DNA of 64,000 bases, taken from assembly GCA_965207445.1 (NCBI GenBank), contig CBDBLX010000002.1:544001-608000 (forward strand), written 5' to 3'. This document shows, piece by piece, positions 11,021 to 21,719 of the stretch. Each line of letters opens with the position of its first letter. Within the stretch, counting starts at the first letter, position 1. The notes below the pieces were generated by a model that made no database searches, was not told the origin of the DNA, and worked only from the letters and a program-made list of their open reading frames with translations. A program made the translations under genes and the position numbers. This stretch comes from Nitrosopumilus sp. GTDB lineage: Archaea > Thermoproteota > Nitrososphaeria > Nitrososphaerales > Nitrosopumilaceae.

Positions 11021-11104
11021 GCAGAGGTCGCCTAGTTCGGTAGGGCGCGGGCCTTGAGAGCCTGTGTGCGAAAGCACGCGGGGGTTCAAATCCCTCTCTC
11101 TGCG
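11021..11104 (+). tRNA. tRNA-Ser(TGA)
   Basis: GCAGAGG...TCTCTGCG, anticodon loop CT-TGA-GA, long variable arm GTGCGAAAGCAC, G discriminator. Confidence 0.95.
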
Positions 11105-11313
11105 CTAACATGTAGGGAAGAAATGCCTATATTCAGTAGATATTACGCACAATGATACAATCAAATTTTTACGACCATACTAGGCATGCCTGATAAAATC
11201 ATATGTTTAAGCTTAAATGCATTTATAACAAAAAACCTATCCGCATTAATAATCATATGTGATAAATTAATTAGTAATTATATATTCATAAAAAGATCTA
11301 AATATATAGGCCT

Positions 11314-12903
11314 ATGAATGATTGTATGAAATCTGACTCAGATTCTGCTATATCGTGTGATGGGCGCGATAGTGACGCTTTTGATACCATCTATCTGGAC
11401 TCAAATGAATGGAAAAAGTTAATGGACGTGATCGATCGCGGAATGTCCAAGGTGCAAAAAGTGGACAGAGGCGTCACTCACAGAGATGATTATTGTGCGC
11501 AACTTATTGAAAGAATACTCGCCTCTGATCAAAGCACGCGCAGATGGACGGGATTTGACAAGCGTGGGTTTGCTCTGATTTGGATCTTTTTTTCTGAGCG
11601 ATGGGAGGAAATGGAGCGCGTAGAAATTGCACGAAGACGTGAATCCAAATTGGAGCGCGTAGGAAAGCGTGGTCCGAGGCCTATGGCAGACGTGACAGCA
11701 GACAAGCAAAACAACATTCCAATGGTACGCAATGATCCTGCAAGGGATTCTGCGCCAGGCAACAGGTGCAAACTAGAGCCGTTTTACATCATGGTTCTGG
11801 CACTCATACGCAAATATTGCAACGAAAGTGAAGGAAGGTTGGGAGACCTGTTTGGTGTAGACCAGTCAACTGTATCTCGATATTTGGTACTTGCCGATCG
11901 CATACTTGCAGAGATGCTGCCAACTCCTGAAAAAATTATGAATCTCATAAAAGAGATTGGCACTGCCAAAGAATTTACAAGGTTATTCCCAGATGATACA
12001 GGTGAATCAGTTGTGATATTTGATGGAACACACGTGCAATTTGCAGGGCCCCTCAAGGCAGAACTGCAAGATTCCATGATATCAAACAAGAAAAAGTATC
12101 CCGGTGGAAACACGGTCATAATGACATCTGCAGACGGCCTGATACTAGGAGCAAGCAAAACATACACCAGTCGGGTACATGACATTGCAATAACGCGGGA
12201 TTTTCTAAAAGGTATGGGCCAATTTGGTAAAATACTTCAAGGCAAACTCAATAATACTGAGAACCAAAAACAGCAATCAGAACAGGTAGATACAGAAAAT
12301 CAAACCGTCCACTTTGAAGAAAAATCCCAAGCATCTGCAACTACAATAGTAGACTGCACACAAACAACCCCAAAAAAACACCTGCAAGAAGAGTCATCAG
12401 AGTCCACACCTAAAGAAACCGAGATAAGGATACTCCGTGGGCTGGCCGCGCTTGATTCTACTAAAAAACCCGAACAAAAGCTGTCCGTACTTGATGCATC
12501 TAGAAGACTCGAGACCATGCACGACCTAGAAAGACTCCTCGGAGAGCTGCCATCACACAAGACAAGAGTTCTGGGCGATTCGGGGTTTCAGGGATTAAAA
12601 CAAGACATACCGGCAGCAGATGTTCACTCCCCGTTTAAGAACCCAAGGATAATGAAAATCATAGCCGAGCAAAAAGAGTACCATCGAGAATTGAGCAAGA
12701 TACGCGTTAAAGTAGAAAATGCAATCTGTGCAGCCAAGCACTTTAGGCGCATATCTGAGATATACAACGGTAGTCTGGACGAGTTCAACAAAGAGTTTAA
12801 CATTGCTTGTGGATTGGCCAACTTTCGATACATGCTACGTTGCAACATGTACGACTATTGGGCCTCGTTGCTGGGCTTGCCAACATACGATAAACGTCGC
12901 TAA
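11314..12903 (+). mobile_element. IS5/ISL2 (PIF-Harbinger-like, DDE_Tnp_4) transposase with internal insertion
   Basis: HTH LGDLFGVDQSTVSRY; IFDGT (D237), HD, GDSGFQG (D422), RVKVENAI (E468). Confidence 0.85.
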
Positions 12904-13102
12904 CATATGGCCGGTACCACACCGGCCGCACGATCAAAATATACATAGTCCGCATGTATCGCCCCATGTCTACGCACTACAAGTATCTGCACGTGGAGCA
13001 CGCCCATCATACCAACAGTTTCTTTTCCATATGTCATTGTAGCATCCAATATTATGATCACTGTCACACCAGTCTTCTTGCACATATCGGGAATTTCGCG
13101 TA

Positions 13103-13386
13103 CAATGTGGCCATGCAATGTGGCCATGCAATGTGGCCATGCAATGTGGCCATGCAATGTGGCCATGCAATGTGGCCATGCAATGTGGCCATGCAATGTG
13201 GCCATGCAATGTGGCCATGCAATGTGGCCATGCAATGTGGCCATGCAATGTGGCCATGCAATGTGGCCATGCAATGTGGCCAATGTGGCCAATGTGGCCA
13301 TGCAATGTGGCCATGCAATGTGGCCATGCAATGTGGCCATGCAATATGTGGCCATGCAATGTGGCCATGCAATGTGGCCATGCAAT
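13103..13386. repeat. Minisatellite of about 22 copies of CAATGTGGCCATG (13 bp)
   Basis: Near-perfect tandem array with two 9-bp truncated units and one AT insertion; no spacers. Confidence 0.97.
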
Positions 13387-13547
13387 ACGGACACATATCT
13401 GCAAATCTATCCTAATAAATATATACATATATATATTTATATGACTTTGGTAGTTTTGATATTTACGTAATTTATCAGATCATTTAGTCGCCAACTCAAG
13501 TATAATATTTTCTGATTGTCGTTCTACGGTTTGATTATACATAACAT

Positions 13548-13817
13548 CTAGTCCTTGCCGTAGACGGACTTGTGGTCTCCCACTACCACCGGCAGGACTA
13601 TCTTCTGCCGGTTGATGACCCTGTAGATCAGCCGGTACGAGCGCCCAATATCATACGCAAAGTATCCTTTGAACCTGCCTCTTTTTGGGACGCCTGCGTC
13701 TGCGGAGTCTTCAGATTCTGCAAGTTGCAATACAGCCTCGTCTACACTTCTTCTCATCTGGGATGGAAGTTTCACGTAGCAGCGGACAAACAGGTCTGTC
13801 CGCTCTATGCGCCACAA
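13548..13817 (-). CDS. RelE/ParE-superfamily toxin
   Basis: 89 aa, basic; T..F...Y..L, YRLIYRV, VGDHKSVY. Confidence 0.85.
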   Translation of the reverse strand: MWRIERTDLFVRCYVKLPSQMRRSVDEAVLQLAESEDSADAGVPKRGRFKGYFAYDIGRSYRLIYRVINRQKIVLPVVVGDHKSVYGKD

Positions 13818-13963
13818 AGTTGTTCGGCCCTGTGAAGATCCTCTATCAGTGCCTCGGGGGTTTCAAACAACTTCGTTGTGTCCTTTCCGGATTCATACTG
13901 TTCTATTGCATACTCTTCGTTTGGCCACAGACTGTCATCTGATGCCTGCTTTGTCTCTGACAT
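13805..13963 (-). CDS. Small acidic antitoxin (52 aa)
   Basis: Hand-translated MSETKQASDDSLWPNEEYAIEQYESGKDTTKLFETPEALIEDLHRAEQLCGA; overlaps toxin start; acidic, F.T.E.LI..L tail typical of RelB-type antitoxins. Confidence 0.7.
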   Translation of the reverse strand: MSETKQASDDSLWPNEEYAIEQYESGKDTTKLFETPEALIEDLHRAEQLCGA

Positions 13964-14510
13964 GCATTACTGTATTTCAAATTGTTTTTAAAACCATCCG
14001 TAGTGAATCAATTCTACATCTCCACTCGCCCCTCCGCTTCATCCAATCCCGATCTGGATACAAGTAGAGAATACGGATGAGGCCACGTTTGCGGGCTTAA
14101 AAAGAAAACACAGTCCTGACTGCATGCCGATGTGGCGCATCTCAAACAGGAAAGCACTCATGAGGCAGCTTGTCTCAAGTGCTAGATAATAAAGACGGGA
14201 TATATAGCGATAAAAAACACGACTCCAAAAACAACTAACAACTCCTTGCAGGTCCGATTACTGTTATTTTTTTTGGAATGTTGTTATATAGATTACAGGC
14301 AATACAAGGTACGAAAATTATGACGGACTTTGTGGAAAATTATTCACAATGGATGCATTTGTGGATTCAATTGCCGGATTGATTAGAAGACTACTTTGAT
14401 GGGAATTGGAACACGGTAGTTACTTGCTATAGTAAATGTGCCGCACTACATAATTGAAAATAAGATCATTAAAATTGAACACATTGCGAACTACTGATGT
14501 AAGTACTAGA

Positions 14511-14735
14511 TTATCGCGTGGCATCAAAACATTCAGGACAAAACGTATTTGTTCTCAGCATGGCCTTCTGCAGAACGGTACACCTGCCGCACACAGGGTC
14601 TTCTTGCAGATGTCAGTGGCAGCCGCATTCTCTCTCATGTGAGATTTTGCCGCAGTCGTTGCAGATCTGCAGTCTGTTCCGCAGGTTTTGTGGTTTGTTA
14701 CAAAAGTATCGCTGCCTATATTCCTGGAAATGCAC
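14511..14735 (-). pseudogene. Cys-rich zinc-finger-like remnant
   Basis: Frame reads ...QICNDCGKISHERECGCH*HLQEDPVCGRCTVL...FCPECFDATR*; three CxxC pairs with an internal stop. Confidence 0.35.
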
Positions 14736-14922
14736 ATAATTAATATATGTATATAATAAATGAAAAACAATACACATTTTACAACATGTAAAAATTTTTA
14801 AATTATTACAAACTTATGTTTTTATACATGTATATTTAAAATCATACTATTATAATTTTAACTCGATTGTCGATTATAATGACTCTTGTTTGAATTTCTC
14901 TTATATCTTGGTTGTAATATAG

Positions 14923-15888
14923 TCATTTCATGTTTAGCGCTGCTAACTCTGCAAGCATGGCTGATAGCTGAATTTCACCGTTTGCACCTGATAGTATTTG
15001 ATAATCGTATTTTGCTACTATTTGTGCCATCTCCCCGATTCTACCTCTAGTCTTTGATCTAAAGAGCGCTGCACTTGCATACTTTAAAAAATCTGATTCA
15101 GAGACGCCATATACACGAGTCACCTCGATCATCTTTTCTCGTGCCTTTGATATGTTACCCTCTAGTGCATATTCTACTATTTTGTCAATATCTGAGACCT
15201 TTGAGAGTCCTGCTGTAGTCTTTACTATGTTTGGTGTTATTGTACCACTAGTTGATGCTGCTTGCATGATGTTGATGGCGTGTCTCAAGTCACCTTCAGA
15301 ATAATCATATATTGATTCAAGGCTTGCTTTGTCTGCCTTTAAATTTTCACTTTTGGCTATGTGTTGTAATCTTTCTATAACATCGTCTTTTGATACTGCA
15401 GTGAATTTGAATGTGGCAAACCTACTCTGTATTGGTTCTATAATTTTTGATATGTTGTTTGCTATCATGATAAATCTACATGTACGTGATGCATCTTCTA
15501 TTATTCTACGTAATGCTGTTTGTGCGTCTGCTGTCATCTCATCTGCCTCATCTAGTATGATTATTTTAAATGGCACTTCACTGATTCCTGCAAATTGTGA
15601 ATATCGCTTTACTTTTTCTCTCACCATTCCTATGCCGCGCTCATCTGATGCGTTGAGCTCTAATGTGTGATCTTTGTAATAGTCACCTAGTATCTGCTTT
15701 GCAATACATAATGCTGTTGTAGTTTTACCAACTCCTGCTGACCCAGAAAACATGAGATGTGGCATTTCAGATGGATTCTTTAGTAATGCCTCTAGACTAC
15801 CTATAATCTCTGATTGATTTACGATATCTGATATTTTTGTTGGCCTATACTTTTCAACCCACATACCTGATACTATTTTATCTGACAT
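14923..15888 (-). CDS. rfcS: Replication factor C small subunit
   Basis: WVEKYRP, GSAGVGKT, LELNASDERG, DEAD, IQSR. Confidence 0.96.
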   Translation of the reverse strand: MSDKIVSGMWVEKYRPTKISDIVNQSEIIGSLEALLKNPSEMPHLMFSGSAGVGKTTTALCIAKQILGDYYKDHTLELNASDERGIGMVREKVKRYSQFAGISEVPFKIIILDEADEMTADAQTALRRIIEDASRTCRFIMIANNISKIIEPIQSRFATFKFTAVSKDDVIERLQHIAKSENLKADKASLESIYDYSEGDLRHAINIMQAASTSGTITPNIVKTTAGLSKVSDIDKIVEYALEGNISKAREKMIEVTRVYGVSESDFLKYASAALFRSKTRGRIGEMAQIVAKYDYQILSGANGEIQLSAMLAELAALNMK

Positions 15889-16217
15889 GCACGTTATACT
15901 ATGATCCCATTAATAAATTAGAATGTGACTTGCTCGCATTCATACGATCTACTATGTGAAATGTACTGTGAAATATACTGTGAGATGTGTTGTGAGATGT
16001 GTTGTGTAAAGTATTCGAGAACACTCTAGACACGTACTGTGAGATAAAGTGTGAAATACGCCGTGATGTGGATTGTATAAAATACGGCTATTATACACAA
16101 GTATATTTTATCTACACATAATGACCAAATCACTTGAAATGAGTGGCTAGTGATCTCGTGCCTAAAAGTGATTCTGTAATACCATTTGCGTATATACTGA
16201 GTTTGTAAAGGGTATAC

Positions 16218-16910
16218 ATGAGCATTCGTAGTAATGTAGAGAAGACTGTCAAGATACATGAAATAGGTCATGGTCTTGAGAATGTGGAATTTGAGGCTAC
16301 ACGTGACTACAAGGTACGTGTATCTGGAATACATGCATCTGCTAGACGTGGTGAGACTAGCAAAATTCCATATTGGATAGCAAAAATTCTAGAGGAGCGT
16401 GGCTATGGGCATATGACACTGCCAGATATGATAACTGCACTCAAGCAAGCTCTCTCAAAGGAGAGAATTGGTGGAACAAAAGAATTTCAGGCATTAGAAC
16501 CGCTCTTTTATGTCAAACTTGGAGCATCTTTGCGAAGTCTTCAAGGACGTGACTTTGAAAAGGCACACGATATGCTTTTAGAACTGTTCCGAATGCGCAG
16601 TACAAAACTAGTCACAAAGGCAAGCTCAATGAGCCTCAGTGCAGACATAAACTCAAAGCTAACTGTAGAGGAACGCAAGTTTTACAATACAATATATAAT
16701 ACGTGCTCTGATTTTGAGTCTCAAATTACTAATGTTGTGTCTGATGATGATAATGATAATGGAAAAGTTTCAAAATCTAATGTTGTGAATGTTTCGTCTA
16801 ATGATGATGATGATGATAATAATAATGATAATAATGATAATAATGATAATGATGCAAGTAACGCGAGCATATACTCTGATCCTGATACCGATGGTATTGT
16901 CAAACAATGA
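16218..16910 (+). CDS. GINS complex subunit (Gins23-type) with D/N-rich tail
   Basis: IPYWIAKIL, LTVEERKFY; directly upstream of mcm. Confidence 0.8.
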   Translation: MSIRSNVEKTVKIHEIGHGLENVEFEATRDYKVRVSGIHASARRGETSKIPYWIAKILEERGYGHMTLPDMITALKQALSKERIGGTKEFQALEPLFYVKLGASLRSLQGRDFEKAHDMLLELFRMRSTKLVTKASSMSLSADINSKLTVEERKFYNTIYNTCSDFESQITNVVSDDDNDNGKVSKSNVVNVSSNDDDDDNNNDNNDNNDNDASNASIYSDPDTDGIVKQ

Positions 16911-16919
16911 GGTGAACAA

Positions 16920-19175
16920 ATGTCTAGTACTCTTATAGATGAATCGGATATCGTTGAGCAAAGAAATGATGTAATTGAATTTGACGATTACGATGATGAC
17001 TATGGTGATGGTGACGGTGATATCAATGACAGTTATGATAGTGATAATAATAATAATAACAACAACAACGGTGGTAATACTAACACAAATGACGATCATG
17101 ATGAGTATTCAGAATACACATCTGCTGCTTTGTCTGATAAGGTAAGGGAATTTCTGTCTAGTTTTCGTGATGCTGACAATGATCATAAATATATTCGTAT
17201 GATCGATGAGATGATGGCACGTGAAACCAAATACATTGTAATTGACTACAATGACCTTGTGTATGATAGGGACATCTCTGATATGTTTACTCATAGTCCT
17301 GAGCGAATTCTTGACTCTTTTTCTGATGCAATAAAAAAAGTACTTTATATACGATTTCCCGAATATGCCGAGATGATCGGGGATGAGATCAGAGCCCGTA
17401 TAATCAACTATCCTATGGAGCGTAGCCTTCGAAGGATAACTGCTGATACAATTGGAAAGATGATCAGTATCTCAGGAATGGTTGTTCGAGCATCCGAAGT
17501 AAACCCACTTGCAAAAGAACTCATATACGAATGTGAGAACAAACACCAAACTAAAATAATTCACATAAAGGGAATGGATACAAAACCCCCTGCCATATGT
17601 GATAATCCTGACTGTAAATTGCGCAGTTTTGAGCTAAAACCTGATCTGTCCAAATTCATTGACATTCAAATATTACGATTGCAAGAACTACCAGAAGATT
17701 TGCCACCAGGACAACTACCTGACTATCTTGATGTCTTTATCAAACAAGATTTGGTAAATTTTGCACGACCAGGCGACAGGATAGCCCTGACTGGTATAGT
17801 TCGTGTAGAGCAAGAGCAACTCAAAGGTATTGCTCGTGCCCGTAGTGGTTTGTATAGCCTGCGCCTTGAGGGTAACAACATTGAATTTCTTGGTGGTCGC
17901 TCAAAGACCCGTAAGATAGAGCGGGAATCCATATCACCTGATGATGAGCGTATAATCAAAGCACTCAATCAAGATCCCGATATATATGAAAAACTGATCA
18001 ACTCATTTGCACCTCATATCAAGGGTCAGTCACTCATAAAAGAGTCCATATTACATCTGATTGTAGGCTCAAATCAACTCACCCGTGAGGATGGTAGCAA
18101 AATTAGGGGCGACATTAACATATTTTTGGTAGGAGATCCAGGAACTGCCAAATCAGAGATGTTAAAGTTCTGCTCTCGTGTTGCTCCTCGTGGATTATAC
18201 ACCTCTGGTAGGGGTACAACTGCTGCAGGACTTACTGCTGCTGTTGTTAGAGACAAGACTGGCATACTGATGCTAGAGGCAGGAGCCGTAGTGCTCGGTG
18301 ACCAAGGAATGGTGGCAATTGATGAATTTGACAAGATGAAGCAAGAAGATACTAGTGCACTGCACGAAGTCATGGAACAACAGTCTGCAAGCATTGCAAA
18401 GGGGGGTATCGTTGCAACACTAAATGCAAGAACCTCAATTCTAGCTGCTGCAAACCCGATATATGGAAAGTATGATCCGTTTCGGAACATTACTGAGAAT
18501 ATTAACATACCCATACCTTTACTCTCAAGATTTGATCTTATCTTCATTGTAAGGGATACTCCATCAGTTGAAGCAGATACTGAAATTGCACACCATGTAC
18601 TAAAACTACATTCAATGCAGGGTGTTGATACACAACACCTGATCAACACTGATTTGTTGACTAAATATTTGGCGTATGCGAAGAGATTCACACCTGCGAT
18701 GACTCGAGATGCAAGCAAGTTAATAATAGACCATTATATCAAGATGAGAAAACTTACAGCATCTGAGAATATGACTCCTGTCACACCTAGACAACTTGAG
18801 GGAATAATACGCTTGTCTACTGCACATGCTAAACTCTTGATGAAAAATACCGTCGACAAAGAAGATGCAGAGCGTGCTATACATTTGCTTAATCTGATGC
18901 TCCAAGACGCTGGTGTCGATGTAAATACTGGTGAGGTCGATATTGGCGTACTACAGGGTAGGCCTAGAAGCGAGGTATCAAAGATGCAGCTGTTCATGGA
19001 TATATTGCGCAATCTTGGAGGTGATAATCAAGATGCAGTCGAAGAATCTGTATTAATCAAGGAATTAGAAATTACCGAAAAGTTTACTGCAGATGAAGCT
19101 CGTACATTTATCACAAAATTACATCGTGAAGGAATTATTTATGAGCACTCAAAGGGCTTTTATAAGAAGACATGA
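16920..19175 (+). CDS. mcm: MCM replicative helicase with D/N-rich N-terminal extension
   Basis: GDPGTAKS, IDEFDKM, LLSRFDL, zinc finger, PRQLE. Confidence 0.97.
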   Translation: MSSTLIDESDIVEQRNDVIEFDDYDDDYGDGDGDINDSYDSDNNNNNNNNGGNTNTNDDHDEYSEYTSAALSDKVREFLSSFRDADNDHKYIRMIDEMMARETKYIVIDYNDLVYDRDISDMFTHSPERILDSFSDAIKKVLYIRFPEYAEMIGDEIRARIINYPMERSLRRITADTIGKMISISGMVVRASEVNPLAKELIYECENKHQTKIIHIKGMDTKPPAICDNPDCKLRSFELKPDLSKFIDIQILRLQELPEDLPPGQLPDYLDVFIKQDLVNFARPGDRIALTGIVRVEQEQLKGIARARSGLYSLRLEGNNIEFLGGRSKTRKIERESISPDDERIIKALNQDPDIYEKLINSFAPHIKGQSLIKESILHLIVGSNQLTREDGSKIRGDINIFLVGDPGTAKSEMLKFCSRVAPRGLYTSGRGTTAAGLTAAVVRDKTGILMLEAGAVVLGDQGMVAIDEFDKMKQEDTSALHEVMEQQSASIAKGGIVATLNARTSILAAANPIYGKYDPFRNITENINIPIPLLSRFDLIFIVRDTPSVEADTEIAHHVLKLHSMQGVDTQHLINTDLLTKYLAYAKRFTPAMTRDASKLIIDHYIKMRKLTASENMTPVTPRQLEGIIRLSTAHAKLLMKNTVDKEDAERAIHLLNLMLQDAGVDVNTGEVDIGVLQGRPRSEVSKMQLFMDILRNLGGDNQDAVEESVLIKELEITEKFTADEARTFITKLHREGIIYEHSKGFYKKT

Positions 19176-21577
19176 CCTCTGATACGGTAAAACAGACAAA
19201 AAAGATATCAAGCCTTGAGATACCAGATGATGCAAAAGCGTTTCTTAACTCACAAGGATTTACAAAATTATATCCACCACAAGCCGCTGCAGTCGATGCT
19301 GGATTACTTGATGGACAAAGCATGTTGGTGTCTGCTCCTACTGCTAGTGGAAAGACACTGATTGCCATACTTGCCATAATATCTCATTTGACACGCGGTG
19401 GAAAGCGAGTCGTATACATGAGTCCACTTCGTGCACTTGCAACAGAAAAATATGTAGAGTTTTTAAAGTTGGCAGATGAATTCATACCCAAAAGAACGTA
19501 TAATGGATCGCAGATTGCACGCCCTATTACCATTGCACGCTCAACAGGTGAGAGGGGTATAGTTACGACTGCTGGAAAGAAGATTAGTGACGCTGATATC
19601 ATAGTATGTACAAACGAGGCACTTGATGCTGCCATGCGTAGAGGACACACGTGGATAGATGAGATTGATTTGGTGATCGCAGATGAGATACATCTTATCG
19701 GTGACAAGACCCGAGGGCCAACACTTGAGATGATACTCACACAACTCAAACGAAAGCGGTTTCCAACATATGGTGAATATATAAAGTCTGGTGGCAATAA
19801 CACAAAAAAACACCATAGTATTCAAGTTGTAGGACTCAGTGCTACTGTCAAGAATAGTGTTGAGCTTGCCAATTGGCTTCGATGTAAACTGGTACATAGC
19901 AACTGGCGGCCTGTTCCACTTGCAGAAGGTGTATGCGATGACTCTGGGAGTGTTATTATGAATAACGATAAACACTTTTCAGTTGAGGCCGGATCTGAAG
20001 GACTTGCTGCTAGATTGGGTGTTCATGCCATATCTGAGGATAATGGACAATGTTTGGTATTTGTCTCTACTCGTCCTAGTGCACGCTCCACTGCCATCAA
20101 AGCGGCTAACTTGGTAGATGCTGTGTTGTCTGATGATGATCGCAAGTATTTGGCAAAAGTTGCAGAAAAGTTAGCCCCTGGTACTATATCTGCTATACAT
20201 GCCATATACAGCAAAGAGTCCAAAAAGCCACCTAATGTTGTCACACAACATGACAACAAAAAACACCGATACACAAAAGTACGTGCAAGTGTAAATGCGA
20301 CATCATTACACTCAACAGAACTCGAAAAAGATCTTGCTGTTCTTGTCTCAAAGGGTGTTGCATTTCACCATGCTGGATTATCTGAAAAGATGCGTCAGAT
20401 AATTGAAGATGAATTTAGAGGCGGTAAAATTAAACTAGTTGCATCTACACCCACATTGGCAGCAGGCGTTAATCTTCCTGCAAGGCGTGTTATTATATCT
20501 TCTATGAATCGATATGATGCAAGGTTAGGATACAACACATCGATAAGTGTACTAGAGTACAAACAATTCTGTGGCAGAGCTGGTAGGCCGCAATATGACA
20601 AGTATGGTGAGGCGATAATATGCGCGTCTGGAATTCATCATGAAATGTATGAGAAATATGTACAAGGAACACCTGAGCCACTTGAATCATGTATAATTGA
20701 TGACAAGGCAATGCGCACGCATCTTTTGACAGTTATTGTACTAAACCCTGGAATAACAAAGAATGAAATATTATCATTTTTTTTAGATACACTTGGAGGA
20801 AGTCAGTCATCCAAATATATGATAGATTCTACAATAAGTGCCTCAACAAGATTTTTGCTTGAAAATGATATGATAGTATCAAAGGGTAATAGATATGCTG
20901 CTACTATGTTTGGTAAAAAGACATCTAGTTTGTATATCGATCCCGTAACTGCTGCATATTTGCGCAATGTTGTCAGTGCGGTACCGCCGGCAACAGATAC
21001 ATCTAATCATGCTTTGGGGTTTTTGCATGCTATCACATCTTGTGATGAATTTACACCAAAACAGAACTTGCTAAAGAATCATCATCAAATTGCACATGTA
21101 CTACTATCAGGAACTCATAGTTCTGAGTTGTTGTATCCTGTGTACACTGATGAGTGCTCACGTAGTTTGCTTGTACTGTATGAATGGATAACTGAGCGCA
21201 CAGACAAAGAGATAGAGACCGCACTCAAGACTCAGACAGGTGACTTGCATCGTATGGTTGAGAGTTCTCTGTGGCTTGCATTCGTTTTAAATGAGATGGC
21301 AAAGATTACAGGACGCACAGATCTTTTACCTGAAATTGGAGTTTTGAGAATGCGCATTAAATCTGGCATAAAAGAGGACTTGGTCGAGCTTGCAAACCTG
21401 CGCGGAATAGGTAGAGTCAGGGCACGTGCACTTGCCAATGCTGGAATTCGTTCTATTAAAGATATCCAAGATACAAGTCCTGAGAAATTAGCTACCATAC
21501 GACAGATTGGTCCTGTCGTAGCAGCATCGATAAAACGTACTGCGGGTTTTAATACCAAACGTACTGTAAACACTTGA
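19172..21577 (+). CDS. hel308: Ski2-like DNA helicase Hel308/Hjm
   Basis: PTASGKT, DEIH, LSAT, FHHAGL, GVNLPA, GRAGRPQYD, C-terminal HhH. Confidence 0.93.
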   Translation: MTSDTVKQTKKISSLEIPDDAKAFLNSQGFTKLYPPQAAAVDAGLLDGQSMLVSAPTASGKTLIAILAIISHLTRGGKRVVYMSPLRALATEKYVEFLKLADEFIPKRTYNGSQIARPITIARSTGERGIVTTAGKKISDADIIVCTNEALDAAMRRGHTWIDEIDLVIADEIHLIGDKTRGPTLEMILTQLKRKRFPTYGEYIKSGGNNTKKHHSIQVVGLSATVKNSVELANWLRCKLVHSNWRPVPLAEGVCDDSGSVIMNNDKHFSVEAGSEGLAARLGVHAISEDNGQCLVFVSTRPSARSTAIKAANLVDAVLSDDDRKYLAKVAEKLAPGTISAIHAIYSKESKKPPNVVTQHDNKKHRYTKVRASVNATSLHSTELEKDLAVLVSKGVAFHHAGLSEKMRQIIEDEFRGGKIKLVASTPTLAAGVNLPARRVIISSMNRYDARLGYNTSISVLEYKQFCGRAGRPQYDKYGEAIICASGIHHEMYEKYVQGTPEPLESCIIDDKAMRTHLLTVIVLNPGITKNEILSFFLDTLGGSQSSKYMIDSTISASTRFLLENDMIVSKGNRYAATMFGKKTSSLYIDPVTAAYLRNVVSAVPPATDTSNHALGFLHAITSCDEFTPKQNLLKNHHQIAHVLLSGTHSSELLYPVYTDECSRSLLVLYEWITERTDKEIETALKTQTGDLHRMVESSLWLAFVLNEMAKITGRTDLLPEIGVLRMRIKSGIKEDLVELANLRGIGRVRARALANAGIRSIKDIQDTSPEKLATIRQIGPVVAASIKRTAGFNTKRTVNT

Positions 21578-21719
21578 TCAACTACATATTAAAAGCAAGA
21601 TTCCTACATGATTGGTTAGTTAGTTGGTTGGTTAGTTAGTTGGTCGGTTAGTGTTTAGAGTAATCTTCACCCAAACACATGTTATAGATATATGTAAGAT
21701 AATATACTAACTATGTGTC

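Noticed and set aside
13103..13386. Possible CRISPR array, or the six repeat-derived ORFs (MWPCNVAMQCGHA / HGHIAWPHCMATL)
   Set aside because: No spacers and no cas genes; the ORFs arise because the 13-mer lacks stop codons in all frames
11180..13487. Candidate TIRs for the IS5-like element (CTGATAAA at about 11190 / TTTATCAG at 13471)
   Set aside because: Only an 8-bp core matches; too weak to define ends
15889..16217. Replication origin between rfcS and GINS/mcm
   Set aside because: Short TGTGAAAT/TGTGAGAT tandem repeats, but no ORB motif or cdc6; looks like the general microsatellite background
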